Assembly: GCA_040755495.1 (NCBI GenBank)
Contig: JBFMAT010000005.1
Coordinates: forward strand, 35,545-99,544
Source: Chloroflexota bacterium
GTDB lineage: Bacteria; Chloroflexota; Limnocylindria; Limnocylindrales; CSP1-4
DNA length: 64,000 bases
Direction: 5' to 3'
Each line of letters starts with the position of its first letter. The stretch's first letter is position 1. Under the pieces are notes generated by a model. It was not told the origin of the DNA. It did no database searches and worked only from the letters and a program-made list of their open reading frames with translations. Both the position numbers and the translations under genes were made by a program. Shown here in pieces: positions 22,501 to 31,737 of the stretch.

Positions 22501-23088
22501 TCAGGTCGGCGGTCCGGCCGCCGCCCGGTGCGCCGCCCCGATCGCGTCGGCGATCCGCTCCACGCCGTACGCGAAGGCCGCGTCGACGTCACCGCCGAGC
22601 CGGAACGCACCGGCGAGCTCCATGCCCACGAACCCGCTGGCCCAAGCGACGACCGTCCTCGCCGCCTCGAGGACGTGCTGGGGCCCGGACAGCGCCGCGA
22701 CGGTCCGGAACAGCGACTCGAACGTGCGGGTGCCGGGATCGGGATCGAGTCGCCAGGCGTCCGGGAGCCGGGCGAACAGGAGGGCGTAGGCGCCGGGGTG
22801 GGCGAGGGCGTACGCCCGGAACCCGTGGGCGATCGCGCGCAGGTCGCCGCGCGGGTCGCCGGTCGTGGCGGCCAAGTCCATCGCGGCGCCCAGCTCCCGC
22901 TCGATGTCGCCGGCGATCAGCCGGACGAGCTCGGCGCGATCGCGGACGTGCTTGTACAGCGAGGGCGCCCGCACGCCGACCGCGCCCGCCACGCGCTGCA
23001 TCGTGAGCGAGTCGAGGCCATCCTCGTCGAGGATCGTGCGGCCGGCACGGACGATCCGGTCGAGCGAGGTGCGGGAAGGGGTCGGCAT
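22501..23088 (-). CDS. TetR family regulator (WHG-like C-terminus)
   Basis: HTH LTMQRVAGAVGVRAPSLYKH; C-terminal WASGFVGME. Confidence 0.9.
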   Translation of the reverse strand: MPTPSRTSLDRIVRAGRTILDEDGLDSLTMQRVAGAVGVRAPSLYKHVRDRAELVRLIAGDIERELGAAMDLAATTGDPRGDLRAIAHGFRAYALAHPGAYALLFARLPDAWRLDPDPGTRTFESLFRTVAALSGPQHVLEAARTVVAWASGFVGMELAGAFRLGGDVDAAFAYGVERIADAIGAAHRAAAGPPT

Positions 23089-23116
23089 GCCTGGGCTCCG
23101 GGCGTCTGGTTCGATA

Positions 23117-23153
23117 GCTATTGACAGTAGCCATGATGGCTATGTACAGTAGC
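23117..23153. promoter_or_regulatory. Sigma70-type promoter overlapped by a tandem TetR-like operator
   Basis: TTGACA 23121-26 and TACAGT 23145-50 (18-nt spacer); repeats GCTATTGACAGTAGC 23117-31 and GCTATGTACAGTAGC 23139-53; central inverted repeat TAGCCAT-G-ATGGCTA. Confidence 0.75.
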
Positions 23154-23262
23154 TCTCACGGCATCGTACCGCAAGCCCGCCGCGACGCAACGAGGATCGC
23201 GCCGCTGTCCTGACGCCGCGGGACCCCTGCCCCGACACCCGCACCCCACAAGGAGACGCTGA

Positions 23263-24006
23263 ATGCAGCTCGCCCCGTCACTCCACCGGCTCGGATCCGG
23301 GCTCGTCAACAGCTACCTGGTGGAGGAGGCCGGGTCCGTCACCGTCATCGACGCCGGCCTGCCCGGCGACTGGACGGCGCTGCGCGACGAGCTGGCGGCG
23401 ATGGGCCGGTCCCTCGACGACGTCCGGGCGGTCCTCCTGACCCACGGCGACACCGATCACGTCGGGTTCGCCGCGCGGTTCTCGCGCGAGCGGGGGATGC
23501 CCGTGCATGTCCACGACCTCGACGCGACGCGGGCCCGGGGCGAGATCCGCAAGCCGATGTCGGGGTGGGGTCCGGTCAGGATCCGGCCCCTCGCCGGCTT
23601 CCTCGTCGACACGGCGCGCCGCGGCGGCCTGCGCATCCCGCCGGTGACGGAGCTCGCGTCGCTGGAGGTGGGGCCGACGCTGGACCTGCCGGGATCCCCT
23701 CGGGTCATTCACCTGCCCGGGCACACGCCCGGCAGCGTCGCGATCCACGTCCCCACGGTGGGCGCCCTGTTCGTGGGCGACGCGCTGACCACGCGCAGCG
23801 TGCTGACCGGGGCGACGGGTCCCCGGCTCGCGCCGTTCACGCTGGCGCCGGCCGAGGCGCTGGCCTGCCTCGGGCGCCTCGAGGGGATCGAGGCCGGCTG
23901 GCTGCTGCCGGGTCACGGGCCGGCCTGGACCGGCGGCGTGCCGGACGCGCTGCGCCGAATCCGCGAGCAGGCCGTCGCGGACGGGGTGCCCAGCGGGGCG
24001 CGGTAG
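23263..24006 (+). CDS. MBL-fold metallo-hydrolase
   Basis: VIDAG, THGDTDHVG, PGHTPG, GD, LPGHG; AAGGAG RBS. Confidence 0.92.
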   Translation: MQLAPSLHRLGSGLVNSYLVEEAGSVTVIDAGLPGDWTALRDELAAMGRSLDDVRAVLLTHGDTDHVGFAARFSRERGMPVHVHDLDATRARGEIRKPMSGWGPVRIRPLAGFLVDTARRGGLRIPPVTELASLEVGPTLDLPGSPRVIHLPGHTPGSVAIHVPTVGALFVGDALTTRSVLTGATGPRLAPFTLAPAEALACLGRLEGIEAGWLLPGHGPAWTGGVPDALRRIREQAVADGVPSGAR

Positions 24007-24074
24007 GCGGGTCGCTCAGCAGGCGGGTCCGCTCCCCCGTGGCCGCGAGCCCGGAGGATCGTCCGCGTGGGCGC

Positions 24075-24236
24075 CGTGCGCGGGACGCACGCAATCCGTG
24101 CCTGCGAGTCGCCATCGTGCGTCCTGCGCACGCTGACGACCTCGATTCGGGTGGTGCAGCCGCGTTCCTGGTCGCCGACGTGCGTGCGGCGCACGCTGAC
24201 GACCGGCTCGCACCGAATCCGTGCGTGGGACGCACG
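24075..24236. repeat. REP/BIME-like cluster of four 17-bp palindromes CGTGCG-N5-CGCACG
   Basis: Copies start at 24075, 24116, 24179 and 24220 (spacings 41/63/41). Confidence 0.85.
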
Positions 24237-24329
24237 CGGGTGCCGGCGATCCGCGGCCGCATCCCGGCCCGCGACGCCCGGCCGGCGGCGCACCACGCCG
24301 GGGTCCGCGCCGAGTGGTACCGTCGCCTC

Positions 24330-25118
24330 GTGCCCGCCCCTCGCCGCTACGTCACCGATGCGATCGTGTTGTCCCGCTTCGACCTTGGCGAGGCCGACCG
24401 GGTGCTCACGCTGATCACCCCGCAGCACGGCAAGCTCAAGGCCATCGCCAAGGGGATCCGGCGCCCCACGTCCCGCCTCGGCGGCTCGCTGGAACCGTTC
24501 GCGGAGCTGCGCGTCGCCCTGGCGCGTGGCCGCACGTTCGACGTGGTCACCGAGGTGCGCGTGGGCCACGCGTGGCTGGCGCTCCGCGACCGGCTGGAGA
24601 GCGCCGCCACCGCGTGGTACCTCGCGGAGCTGGCGGACCGGAGCCTCGAGGAGCGCAACGAGGCGGAGGCGCAGTACGCCCTGCTCCATCGCGCCTACGA
24701 GCTGCTCGACGCCGGCATGGCACCCGGCCGGGTCGCGCGCTGGTACGAGATGCACCTCGCCGACGAGCTGGGCCAGCGGCCCGAGGTGGACCGCTGCGTG
24801 GAGTGCGACCGGATGCTCGAGGCGACCGAGTCCTTCCGCTGGGTCCCGCCGCTGGGCGGGGTGCTGTGCGGCCGCTGCCCGGGACCGCCGGCCGAGCGCG
24901 CCGGCCTGGGCCTCGAGGCGCTCAAGCTGCTCAAGGCGTACCAGCGGCTGGACATCGAGGCGATCGCGGCCCTCCGGCTGGCGGACGACGTCGAGCGGGA
25001 GGTCGAGGCCGCGATGCGCGAGTTCATGCGCGTCGCCCTGGAGCGCGATCCGCGCTCGCTCGCGTTCCTGGACGAGGTTCGACACCGGCCCGGCGTCCGG
25101 CCGGCAACGGTCCAGTAA
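24330..25118 (+). CDS. recO: DNA repair protein RecO
   Basis: DLGEADRVLTLITPQHGKLKAIAKG, SRLGGSLEPF, C-x2-C...C-x2-C zinc finger. Confidence 0.95.
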   Translation: MPAPRRYVTDAIVLSRFDLGEADRVLTLITPQHGKLKAIAKGIRRPTSRLGGSLEPFAELRVALARGRTFDVVTEVRVGHAWLALRDRLESAATAWYLAELADRSLEERNEAEAQYALLHRAYELLDAGMAPGRVARWYEMHLADELGQRPEVDRCVECDRMLEATESFRWVPPLGGVLCGRCPGPPAERAGLGLEALKLLKAYQRLDIEAIAALRLADDVEREVEAAMREFMRVALERDPRSLAFLDEVRHRPGVRPATVQ

Positions 25119-25129
25119 AGGAGGTCCTG

Positions 25130-25555
25130 GTGGTCTTCGACACGGGAAGCGCGTCCGACGAGCACGCCCTCGAGCGGCTGCGAACCGACCGGATCGGCTG
25201 GCTGACCACCGTGACGCCCGCGGGCCAGCCCCAGACCTTTCCCATCTGGTTCCTGTGGGCTGACGGCGAGCTGCTCGTGTACAGCGACCGCCGGGCGAAG
25301 CGGAACGACAACATCCGCGCCAACCCGCGGGTGTCGCTCCACCTCAACGACAACGGCAGCGGCGGCGACATCGTCATCGTCGAGGGGGAGGCGCGGATCG
25401 ACGATGCGACGCCGGCCGTCCCCGGCAACACCGCCTATCTCGTGAAGTACGGCGACTGGATCGCCGACTACCTGGGCTCGCCCGAGGAGATGGCCGCGGT
25501 CTACAACGTCCCGGTGCGGATCCGCCCCACGCGCGGCCGCGCGTTCGGGGCCTGA
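25130..25555 (+). CDS. PPOX-class (F420-dependent-like) pyridoxamine oxidase family protein
   Basis: GWLTTV...GQPQTFPIWF, KRNDNIRANPRVSL; AAGGAGG RBS before GTG 25130. Confidence 0.85.
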   Translation: MVFDTGSASDEHALERLRTDRIGWLTTVTPAGQPQTFPIWFLWADGELLVYSDRRAKRNDNIRANPRVSLHLNDNGSGGDIVIVEGEARIDDATPAVPGNTAYLVKYGDWIADYLGSPEEMAAVYNVPVRIRPTRGRAFGA

Positions 25556-25559
25556 CGCC

Positions 25560-26744
25560 GTGAGCACGCGCGGCCGCCTGGCCCTCGCCGCGGGCGGGCT
25601 CGCCGTGGGCGCGCTCGCGGCGGCCCGGCCGGTCCTCGACGCCGTCATGGCCAGCGGCGAGCGGCAGCGCAACCGGACGCCGCCCGAGGCCACGACCCCC
25701 GTCTCCGAGCGGGCGCGCGCCCTCCACGCGACCCTCCGCGTGGCGGACCTGCACGCGGACTCGCTGCTGTGGGGCCGTGACCTGCTCGAATGGGGCGACC
25801 GGGGTCACGCCGACATCCCCCGGCTGATCGAGGGACGGGTCGCGCTCCAGGTGCTGTCGTGCTCGGTGAAGGTGCCGCGGCACCTCAACATCGAGCACAA
25901 CGCGGACACGTCCGACGACGTGCTCAAGATCGCCCTCGCCCAGCGCTGGCCGCCGCGGACGTGGCGCAGCATCATGGCCCGTGCCCTGCACCTCGCGGCG
26001 CGGGCCCGGGGCTTCGAGGCACGCTCCGGCGGCGCGTTCCGCCTGGTCACCAGTCGCGATGCGCTGGCCGCGTACCTGGCCGTCCGCGAGCGCGACCCCG
26101 CCATCACCGCGGGCCTGCTCGCGATCGAGGGCGCGACGGCGCTCGACGACGACCCGGCCAACGTGGACGTGGTCGCCGACGCCGGCTTCCGGATGATCTC
26201 GCCCGCCCACTTCACCGACACCGTGTTCGGCGGGTCGGCGCACGGCGCGGTCCAGGGCGGGCTGACCGACCTCGGGCGCGAGATGGTCCGGCGGATGGAG
26301 GCACGGGGCGTGCTCCTCGACATCGCCCACGCCTCGGCCGCGACGATCGACGATGCGCTCGCGGTCGCCACCCGCCCGGTCGTCGCCTCCCACACCGGCC
26401 TGCGCGGCGTGCTGGACAACGCGCGCAACCTGAGCGACGCGCACCTCGACGGGATCGCCGCGACCGGCGGCCTGGTGGGGGTCGGGTTCTGGCCGACCGC
26501 CTGCGGCGGCACGGACGCCCACGCCATCGCCCGCTCGATCGCGTATGCCGTGGACCGCGTCGGCGTGGACCACGTGGCGCTGGGCTCGGACTGGGACGGC
26601 GCGGTGCCCGTCCCGTTCGACGCCGCCGGGGTCGGCCGCCTCACGGATGCGCTGCTGGACGCCGGCCTGGACGAGGCCGCGATCCGCGCGGTGATGGGCG
26701 AGAACGTGCTCCGCGTGCTCGCGGCGACGCTGCCCGACGCCTGA
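25560..26744 (+). CDS. Membrane dipeptidase (peptidase M19)
   Basis: DLHADSL, AIEG, GLTDLGREMV, DIAHAS, SHTG, RNLSD, HVALGSDWDG. Confidence 0.92.
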   Translation: MSTRGRLALAAGGLAVGALAAARPVLDAVMASGERQRNRTPPEATTPVSERARALHATLRVADLHADSLLWGRDLLEWGDRGHADIPRLIEGRVALQVLSCSVKVPRHLNIEHNADTSDDVLKIALAQRWPPRTWRSIMARALHLAARARGFEARSGGAFRLVTSRDALAAYLAVRERDPAITAGLLAIEGATALDDDPANVDVVADAGFRMISPAHFTDTVFGGSAHGAVQGGLTDLGREMVRRMEARGVLLDIAHASAATIDDALAVATRPVVASHTGLRGVLDNARNLSDAHLDGIAATGGLVGVGFWPTACGGTDAHAIARSIAYAVDRVGVDHVALGSDWDGAVPVPFDAAGVGRLTDALLDAGLDEAAIRAVMGENVLRVLAATLPDA

Positions 26745-26752
26745 GCGGGTCG

Positions 26753-27985
26753 TCAGACGAGCGGCGCGATCAGCGCGGCCGCCCTCGCCGCCCCGTCGGC
26801 CGCGACCGGGCGATACGCCACCGGGCGATCGATCTCGGCCACGATCGCGTCGGCGATCACCTCGGGCGTCGAGTCCTCGAACTCCATGCACCGCCCGGCG
26901 CCGTAGCGCTCGAGGCGATGGCGGACGTGCCGCCGCTGCTCGAAGTGGTTCCGGAGCGGGAAGTACAGGAACGGGCGTCGTGCCGCCGCGAGCTCCATCG
27001 TCGTGGTCAGGCCGCCCTGCACCACCGCGAGGTCGCACGCGACGAGGTGTCGGTACAGCTCGGGCACGAACGCGCGAACCTCGACGCCGGCGGGCGCCCC
27101 CAGGCTGGCGGGGTCGATCCGCGGCCCGGCCACGGTGATCATGCGCAGGCCGTTGACCCGGCGCGCGGCCGCCGGGTACGCGGCGACGACCCGGCGCAGC
27201 AGCGCCTCGCCGACGCCCGAGCCGCCGACGGTCACGATCACGACCCGCTCGTCGGGCCGGTAGCCGAGCTCGTGGCGCAGCTCGTCGCGGCGCTCGAGGA
27301 GCGGCGCCGGGTCGAAGCCCGTGATGTAGCCGCTGAACGCGAAGTGCGCCTCGGTCCAGTCGCGGATCCGCGGCATCCCGGGCCCGAACGCGTCGGGCAC
27401 GATGTCGTCCGCCTCGCCCACGAAGATCGCCCGGTCGCGAAGCCGCGGGAAGCGCTCGACGTGCTCGATCATCTCGGCGTTGTAGTCGGCGGTGAGGAAC
27501 GCCTCGCGCTCGCCGCCGTCGGGCATCGGCAGCCAGCCCACGAAGTCCGTGAGCCACGCGAACGCCGTGCGCTTGAGCTCCGGGTTCTCGTGCAGGAAGT
27601 GGTCGACGTCCCACGCCTCGTCGCCGATCACCAGGTCGTACTCGCCGTCCTCGACCGCGTCGTGGAACACCATGAAGTTGGCGACCAGGATCTCGTCCAT
27701 GCGCCGGATCGCCGCGAACGCGTTGAGGTCGTGGCCCGATGCCTCGCCGGTGATGTGCGCCGACTCCGACGCGAGCTCGGCGCTCAGCGGGTGGATCCGC
27801 TCCTCGCGAGCCTCGAGGACGGTGGTGACCGGGTGCTGGGCCAGCCAGTCGATCTCGAGGTCGGGTCGCAGCGCCCGCAGCTCGTCGGCGATGGCCAGGT
27901 CGCGCTGCGCGTGGCCGAGCCCGATGGGCGACGAGAGGAACAGCGCCCGCCGGCGGCGCGCGAGCGCCCGCGTCCAGGAGCTCAC
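26753..27985 (-). CDS. GT-B glycosyltransferase-like protein (MurG/GT28-like)
   Basis: SSPIGLGHAQRD, VTVGGSGVG, DLAVVQGGLTTTMEL, FEQ. Confidence 0.8.
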   Translation of the reverse strand: MSSWTRALARRRRALFLSSPIGLGHAQRDLAIADELRALRPDLEIDWLAQHPVTTVLEAREERIHPLSAELASESAHITGEASGHDLNAFAAIRRMDEILVANFMVFHDAVEDGEYDLVIGDEAWDVDHFLHENPELKRTAFAWLTDFVGWLPMPDGGEREAFLTADYNAEMIEHVERFPRLRDRAIFVGEADDIVPDAFGPGMPRIRDWTEAHFAFSGYITGFDPAPLLERRDELRHELGYRPDERVVIVTVGGSGVGEALLRRVVAAYPAAARRVNGLRMITVAGPRIDPASLGAPAGVEVRAFVPELYRHLVACDLAVVQGGLTTTMELAAARRPFLYFPLRNHFEQRRHVRHRLERYGAGRCMEFEDSTPEVIADAIVAEIDRPVAYRPVAADGAARAAALIAPLV

Positions 27986-28908
27986 GGCCGTGACCCCAGG
28001 CCAAGCACGAAGTCGCGGATCGCGAGGTTGACCGCGACGGGGTCGCGCGCCAGCGGGATGTGGCCCGAGCCCTCGAGCGCGACGAGCCGCCCGCGCGTGA
28101 GCGTCGCGAGCCGCTCCCCGACGGCGAGGGGGATCACGTGGTCGTCCGAGCCGTGCACCACCAGCACCGGACAGCGGACCGCCCTCGCCAGCTCCTCCGT
28201 CGCGCCGCCCTCGGCCAGCCCCTTCGCGTCCTCGATCTGCAGCAGCGTCCCCGGGTCCGTCTCGAGGCCCCAGCCGATGCAGTCCTCGATCGGCTTCGTC
28301 GAATGCGGCTCGGTGAAGCACTCCGCGAAGAAGAACTCGAGGAAGTCGGGGTAGTCACGGCGCCAGTGGTGGCGGTTGTACTTCGCCCAGCCCTCGTACG
28401 CCGGCAGCTCCGCGTTGAACGCCGCGAGCGCGGCCTCGCGATCGGCCGACCGGGCGGCGAGCCGGACCGAGGGGCCGATGAACACGGCGCCCGCCACGCG
28501 CTCCGGATGGTGTGCGGCGAGCACCAGCGCCCAGCGCGAGCCCATCGACAGGGAGACCAGCACCGCCGACGACGTCGCCGTCGCGTCGAGGACCGCGAGG
28601 GCGTCGTCCGCGAAGGCCTCGGTCGTGTATGCCTCGAGGGCACCCGGCCGGTCGGATCGACCGTTGCCGCGCCCGTCGAACGTCACGACCCGGAAGTGCC
28701 GGGCGAGGTAGGGGACCTGCGCCTTCCAGAAGCGCGAGTGGATGATCGACCAGGTCGGCAGCAGCAGGATCGTCGGGCTGCCGTCGCCGTGGCGCTCCCA
28801 GGCGATGCGGACGCCGTCGCGCTCCACGAACCCGGTGGCGTCGGGATGCCGGGCGCGGGACGGGTCCGGGGTCGTGGTCTCGATGATGGATGCGGGGGAC
28901 GCGCACAT
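27982..28908 (-). CDS. Alpha/beta hydrolase
   Basis: TFDGRGNGRSD, nucleophile SLSMG, VVHGSDD, GSGH. Confidence 0.9.
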   Translation of the reverse strand: MCASPASIIETTTPDPSRARHPDATGFVERDGVRIAWERHGDGSPTILLLPTWSIIHSRFWKAQVPYLARHFRVVTFDGRGNGRSDRPGALEAYTTEAFADDALAVLDATATSSAVLVSLSMGSRWALVLAAHHPERVAGAVFIGPSVRLAARSADREAALAAFNAELPAYEGWAKYNRHHWRRDYPDFLEFFFAECFTEPHSTKPIEDCIGWGLETDPGTLLQIEDAKGLAEGGATEELARAVRCPVLVVHGSDDHVIPLAVGERLATLTRGRLVALEGSGHIPLARDPVAVNLAIRDFVLGLGSRP

Positions 28909-28914
28909 CCGACG

Positions 28915-29574
28915 TCACTCCTCGAGCGAGCGGATCACCTCGCCGATCTTGCGCAGCGCCGAACGGGTCGGCAGCTCGGACTCCTCGAACCCGAGCAGGA
29001 TCGCCGCCTCGGCGCCCATGAACGGCGTGCCCATCAGGGCCGCCACCTCGGCCGGGGTGAACGGGCCGAGGCCGCCGCGCCGCCGCGCCTCGCGCTCGGC
29101 AACGCTCGTCAGCAGGCGGAACCAGCCGCCCAGGAACGTGCGGACGGCGGCGGCGACCTCCGGGTCCGACCAGCCGGCGGCGATCATCTCCTGGAGCACC
29201 CGGACGTACCCCGACTCGAGGTCCTCGTCGAGGAACTCGCACGCTCGCTCCCATTGCTGCCACAGGGGCTCCGGGCCGGCGAACATCGAGCGCTGGCGCT
29301 CCAGCAGCCGGGCATTCTCGGCTTCGAGCAGGGCCAGGATGAGCTGCCCGCGACTGCCGAAGTGGTAGTGGATCTGGCTGAGCGGCACCTCGGCGGCCTC
29401 GGCGACGGCGCGGGTCGTGAGGTTCGCGTAGCCGTCGGCGAGGAGCCGGGCGCGGGCCGCCGCCAGGATCGACGCGCGGGTGTCCGCCGCCGCCTGGTGG
29501 CGTCGCTCGGCGCGCGTCTGGGGCGCGGCTTCGGTCCCGTCCACGTCCGACCGAGCATACGACGCCCGCGTCAT
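28915..29574 (-). CDS. TetR family regulator
   Basis: GYANLTTRAVAEAAEVPLSQIHYHFGS. Confidence 0.9.
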   Translation of the reverse strand: MTRASYARSDVDGTEAAPQTRAERRHQAAADTRASILAAARARLLADGYANLTTRAVAEAAEVPLSQIHYHFGSRGQLILALLEAENARLLERQRSMFAGPEPLWQQWERACEFLDEDLESGYVRVLQEMIAAGWSDPEVAAAVRTFLGGWFRLLTSVAEREARRRGGLGPFTPAEVAALMGTPFMGAEAAILLGFEESELPTRSALRKIGEVIRSLEE

Positions 29575-30332
29575 CCGGCGACCGCGTACACGGCCGCGAG
29601 GACGAGCACGACGCCCAGCGGCCGCGTGAGCCGCCGGCCCCAGGGCAGGTTCTTCTCGACGGCCGTGACGGCACCCAGCGCCAGCATCGCCGTCACGCTG
29701 CCCAGGCCCACGCCGAACATCACCAGCATCAGCGACCAGCAGCAGCCGACGCAGAAGGCGCCGTGGGCGATCCCCAGGGCGAACGCCTCGCGACGCGGGC
29801 TCGTGCCCTGCCAGCGGTGCATGACGAAGCCCAGCGGGCTGCGGCACGCGTCGAGGCACCGGTCCCGCAGCGGGCTGAACTGCCACAGGCCCGCGGCGAG
29901 CAGCGTCGCGCCGATGATCAGCTGCGGGTGCGCCGCGAGGAACGGGACCGCATCGACGGCGGCGTGGACGCCCCGGTCCGCGAGCCAGGCCGCGATCCCG
30001 AACGCCCCCCAGGCCACGAGATACCCGGCCAGCACCAGGCCCACCAGCAGCCCCGGCCGCGGGCGACGCCCGACGAGGGCCCCGAACGTGACCACGAGGG
30101 GCACGCTCGAGGGCAGCATCATCGCCACGATCATGACCACCCAGCCGATGGCGAACAGCGCCGCCTCGAGCGGCAGCGACCCAAGCCCGCCCTCGTGGTG
30201 GAGGTACCGCCCGAAGGGTGAGCCCGCCCACAGCCACAGCGTGAGCCAGGCGAGGCCCGACAACACGACGAGCGATCCGGCGAGGATCGCCCGATCGCGC
30301 CGCGGGTCGCGGAGATGGGACGCCGCGAACAT
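29571..30332 (-). CDS. DUF2182 predicted metal-binding membrane protein
   Basis: WVVMIVAMMLPS, WQFSPLRDRCLDACRSP, FCVGCCWSLMLVMF, EKNLP. Confidence 0.88.
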   Translation of the reverse strand: MFAASHLRDPRRDRAILAGSLVVLSGLAWLTLWLWAGSPFGRYLHHEGGLGSLPLEAALFAIGWVVMIVAMMLPSSVPLVVTFGALVGRRPRPGLLVGLVLAGYLVAWGAFGIAAWLADRGVHAAVDAVPFLAAHPQLIIGATLLAAGLWQFSPLRDRCLDACRSPLGFVMHRWQGTSPRREAFALGIAHGAFCVGCCWSLMLVMFGVGLGSVTAMLALGAVTAVEKNLPWGRRLTRPLGVVLVLAAVYAVAG

Positions 30333-30346
30333 CGATCGCCGTCCGC

Positions 30347-30955
30347 TCAGGCCGCGAAGCGGAAGTGGCCCTGGAGGGCGTTGTTGCCCCGGCGGTCCAC
30401 GTCCGGCAGCCCGTGCGGGCTGCCGTCGCGCGTGAAGTGGGTCGACTTCGACGCGTAGACGGGGGAGCCCGGGATCGTGGAGAACACGGTCTCGGAGAGC
30501 ACCGTGGTCTTGCCGGTCGCGCCGGTGTAGGGGATCAGGTCCGCGTCGGCGATCTTGCCGATCGACAGCCGGCCCTGGCCGCCGTCGACCGTGAACGTGA
30601 TCGGGACGCGCTCGACGGACACGACCTCGCCGATCAGCCCGGCCAGGTCCGCGATCGCCCCGCCGAGCTGCCCGGTGAACACCTTGAGCAGCTGGCCCTG
30701 CTGCTCGTCGGTCGAGCCGTCGTCGACGAACACGGCCGCCTTCCAGGAGGCGGGGGTCAGCACGTTGCCGGGGATGTGGACCGACAGGGCGACCGTCCGC
30801 CCGGTGACGTCGACGCCCTCGATCGCGCCGCTGTCGATGCGCCAGGCCAGCGCGGAGTCGCAGGTCCCGCCGTCCGGGTCCTCGCCGATCCAGCAGGGGC
30901 AGAGCACGTTGCAGGAGCAGACCTCGAGCAGCCTGCCCTCGATGTCATAGGCCAT
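30347..30955 (-). CDS. DUF1326 family protein
   Basis: GRLLEVCSCNVLCPC, CDSALAWRIDSG, FTGQLGG. Confidence 0.88.
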   Translation of the reverse strand: MAYDIEGRLLEVCSCNVLCPCWIGEDPDGGTCDSALAWRIDSGAIEGVDVTGRTVALSVHIPGNVLTPASWKAAVFVDDGSTDEQQGQLLKVFTGQLGGAIADLAGLIGEVVSVERVPITFTVDGGQGRLSIGKIADADLIPYTGATGKTTVLSETVFSTIPGSPVYASKSTHFTRDGSPHGLPDVDRRGNNALQGHFRFAA

Positions 30956-30996
30956 GGGACGCACCTCCGGGACGCGGGACCGATTGCCGCTATCAG

Positions 30997-31030
30997 TCGG
31001 TCGATCGACCGACATCGGTCGGATGACCGA
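30997..31030. promoter_or_regulatory. Tandem palindromic operator TCGGTC-N4-GACCGA (two copies)
   Basis: Copies at 30997-31012 and 31015-31030, upstream of the DUF1326 operon that encodes a TetR. Confidence 0.65.
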
Positions 31031-31126
31031 CACCATACAACGCGGTGTCAATACCCGGGACCCATCGCCCGTTGACATCGCCGAGCCCCCGCAACGATGG
31101 TTGGGCGAACACACCAGGGGGATCCG

Positions 31127-31603
31127 ATGAATCGGCCACGATCCATGCGCGTCAGGCGGCTTGGGGGGAGACTCGGCGGGGCCTGCCTCGTTGCGGTGGC
31201 CATGGCTGGCTGCAGCTCGGGCCTCGTCCCAGGCATCGACGGCTGCGGCGGCAACGGACCAGGCGGCCCAAGCCCTGCCTGCACGTATCCGCCGACGGCG
31301 CCGCCAGGCGTAGCCGACGAGGAGACGGCGGTTGCCCGCGCCCGGGCGGCAGCGGGCGATGGCGATGCGACCACCACGGTGGTGTGGGCCACTGTCGAGC
31401 GCGCCGGCCCCGACGTCCCGCGGGGGCACGAGTGGGTGTGGGTCGTCCGCCTCGAGGGCACGGGACTGGGGCAGTCGACGTGCCCCTCGGGCTACCTCGA
31501 TGGCTCGCCCGACCTTGCTGCGCCTCCCTGCCTCGACGGCGACCGCGGTCTCAACGTCGTCATGGACGCGTTCTCGACCGAGGTCCTCGGGACCGCGCAT
31601 TGA
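31127..31603 (+). CDS. Hypothetical lipoprotein
   Basis: Basic N-terminus, hydrophobic stretch and lipobox-like MAGC; four further Cys. Confidence 0.55.
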   Translation: MNRPRSMRVRRLGGRLGGACLVAVAMAGCSSGLVPGIDGCGGNGPGGPSPACTYPPTAPPGVADEETAVARARAAAGDGDATTTVVWATVERAGPDVPRGHEWVWVVRLEGTGLGQSTCPSGYLDGSPDLAAPPCLDGDRGLNVVMDAFSTEVLGTAH

Positions 31604-31737
31604 CCCCGTCCCGGCGGTCGTGGATTCGGAGCCGCGTGCTGGCGCGAGCCAAGAGTGCGGCGGACGGCTCTGCTAGCATCGAACGGCCATCCATCCCGCG
31701 CGGCCCTTCCACGGTCGCGTATCAGCGGAGCGCTCAC

